This document shows, one piece after another, positions 62,001-64,000 of a DNA stretch of 64,000 nucleotides. The translations under genes and the position numbers were made by a program. This stretch comes from Lingula anatina (lineage: Eukaryota > Animalia > Brachiopoda): positions 2,542,001-2,606,000 of the forward strand of contig CM120642.1 in NCBI GenBank assembly GCA_051362555.1, given 5' to 3'. Numbering within the stretch: the first letter of the stretch is position 1; each line of letters begins with the position of its first letter. Under the pieces are notes generated by a model. The model worked only from the letters and a program-made list of their open reading frames with translations. It was not told the DNA's origin and did not search any database.

Positions 62001-63966
62001 GATCAAGGAATACGGTAAGCATGATTGAGAATATATTATCACTTTGACCATTTTAGTATAATTAGTATTCATTTGTGAGCGAAAATAGATAATCGAGCCC
62101 ATTTTTATCATGACCTTACAATGTTTTTGCCAAATTGATAAATGCCTCAACGACTGATTTTTTACTTTCAGTTTTGCCTAAGTTTGAAGTGACTCCGTCC
62201 CTGCAGTCAATTATCTTGAAGACAGAGACAACATTTACCGGGAAAGTGACGGCCAAGTAGGTGTTTCGTTCGGTTTGCATCTGGTCATTAATGTTTTGTG
62301 TATGAATTAAAAAAAAAAAGAGTGAAAGAGCGGTTCTAAAGTGATATGCAGGGGTATAATGGTTTAGATACCATTAAAATGATTAGGCGATAATTAAGTC
62401 GATAATTAGAATATTCTAACTGTAAGAGACGTTTTTCTCGGAAAGTCAAACAACTACCCCAATTGCTTCAGATCCTCTACGGATCACGGTCACGGTAACT
62501 ATGCCATTTCGTATTTTTATGTCCATATTTACATACATAGTGCATACGTGTATGTATATCTGAAGCTGAATATCTCAAAATTACAAGACTATTGATCGTG
62601 TGTTTATTGACCCATAAATTTTCTTGACCAATGCATAAATTAGTACACCTTGCTATAGTGAAATTCTAAAACCAGGTATTTACGTTAGCTGTTCTATCAA
62701 AGATATACCTACGGCAAACCGGTGCAAGGCACAGTCACCATCAGGGCAGTGCCAACATGCTGTAAGATATGGGACTACAAGGGAAGGATTGGCGTGGAAC
62801 AAGACTTGTCGGTAAATAGGCTTTTAATTACCTGGCAGCAGACCCAGAAGATGTTCTGCATGATGATTGCATTCGTATCTACACTGTACATTGTTGGCAC
62901 AACTTGTATATATATCGTGCAGTTCACATGTTTGCATTTCCGTACTGGACACTGTGATAAAAAAAGGAATTAATTTAAAAGAAGATGGCTGGTGTTTCAG
63001 AGGGGTTATGTATCGCACATTGTAGTTGTATAATCTAGCTAATAACCTTTTTGCGCACATATACCAGTAGACTTGTTTATATCTACCCATCTTGTTTACA
63101 AAATTAATACGGTGGCATATTAAACAAGTATAGATATATAAGTAACACAAGTTTAAAAGTTTGAAAGTTGTCTATATAAATTGCTTTTCATTTATTTCCA
63201 GTTGGACCCGGTCACAGGGGAGGCCCCCTTCACCATTACAATGGCTGACCTGAAGAATGGTCATAGCTCCTTGCAGGGCGTTAAGATAGAAGCAAACGTC
63301 ACCGAAACCCTGACTGGAATCACTCTGTCTGGTGAAACATCACAGCAATTTGTGGACAGTCCCTACAAGATAGAATGGCTGCTGAACTCGCCAAGCTCTT
63401 TCAAGCCAGGGTTGCCGTACAAGGGATACGTAAGTTCTATTTCATTTCTGCACTTTGCTTAATTTCGAGCTATCGGCATTTCTAGGCATGGCGTTTTTAG
63501 TATGTCATAATAATTTTTCCCTTGATATTTGTCGATGCTTATGTACATTTAAAAGTATTGAGACTGAAATTGGAAAATGTGAGGACTGTTAATTATATCC
63601 AGTTTCTTATGTACCTTTTTTATTGCGTAGCAGCCCATTCTAGCAGATTTCAAGATTTAACATGTACTCTTTTCACTCGGGTGTAAAACTGTCGATTCAC
63701 TTTAATGCTAAATGTTGTTTAAAATAAACACATAATTTTTCTTAAAACCTTTTCAGGTAAAAGTGGAGTACCAGGACGGCATGCCACTTGGACGAACCGG
63801 AATCCTTAACATCAGTACCACCATCCAGTACAAAAACCCCTGGCCCGTGTACATCAGCGCGTTCCTCACCAAATTAGGCGGGAATTACATCTTCCCAATC
63901 CCTGAGGATGGTCTTGTGGAGGTGACGCTAACACCACCTAGCGAGGCTACGCAATTCAATATGTTG
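59070..63966 (+). CDS. Thioester-containing protein / CD109-like (alpha-2-macroglobulin family), first 11 exons; continues off the right edge
   Basis: Exons: 59070-59152 (signal peptide), 59381-59538, 59874-59899, 60245-60428, 60876-60946, 61480-61605, 61975-62014, 62172-62256, 62703-62811, 63202-63429, 63757-63966. All are in phase. A2M/TEP motifs: YMLLAPR, FIQTDKAIYKPGQTVRFR, PVLGNWRI, FEIKEYVLPKFEV, YTYGKPVQG, FKPGLPY. Confidence 0.92.
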
Positions 63967-64000
63967 GTATGTGCCAGCCTTCAGTTAGAATGACATTTTG

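Overview
AT-rich, intron-rich animal DNA, probably from a lophotrochozoan or mollusc (inferred from the gene and repeat content). There are no prokaryotic features. Genes, left to right: (1) first coding exon of MED16 (-, continues off the left edge); (2) a 7-exon PDGF/VEGF-family (VEGF-C/PVF-like) gene (+) with a GC-AG intron, an 18-bp micro-exon and an intronic CACGTG array; (3) a 15-exon SH3D19-like adaptor with five SH3 domains (-); (4) three tandem KRE2/MNT1-type (GT15) glycosyltransferases (+), each with a single coding exon, from a family known mainly from fungi; one copy lacks its ATG and one has a Q/P-rich stem; (5) a two-exon ~136-aa orphan gene (-) whose spliced product is absent from the ORF track; (6) the first 11 exons of a thioester-protein/CD109-like gene (+, continues off the right edge). 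Mobile DNA includes a Mutator MITE, an internally deleted pogo-like element with a PHD finger, piggyBac- and Kolobok-type MITEs, an inverted pair of Harbinger MITEs forming a 517-bp palindrome, an RTE LINE relic and Tc1 relics. The most interesting system is the GT15 cluster and how it may be transcribed. All gene models were assembled by eye from splice signals and phase. Family calls rest on remembered motifs, not database searches.
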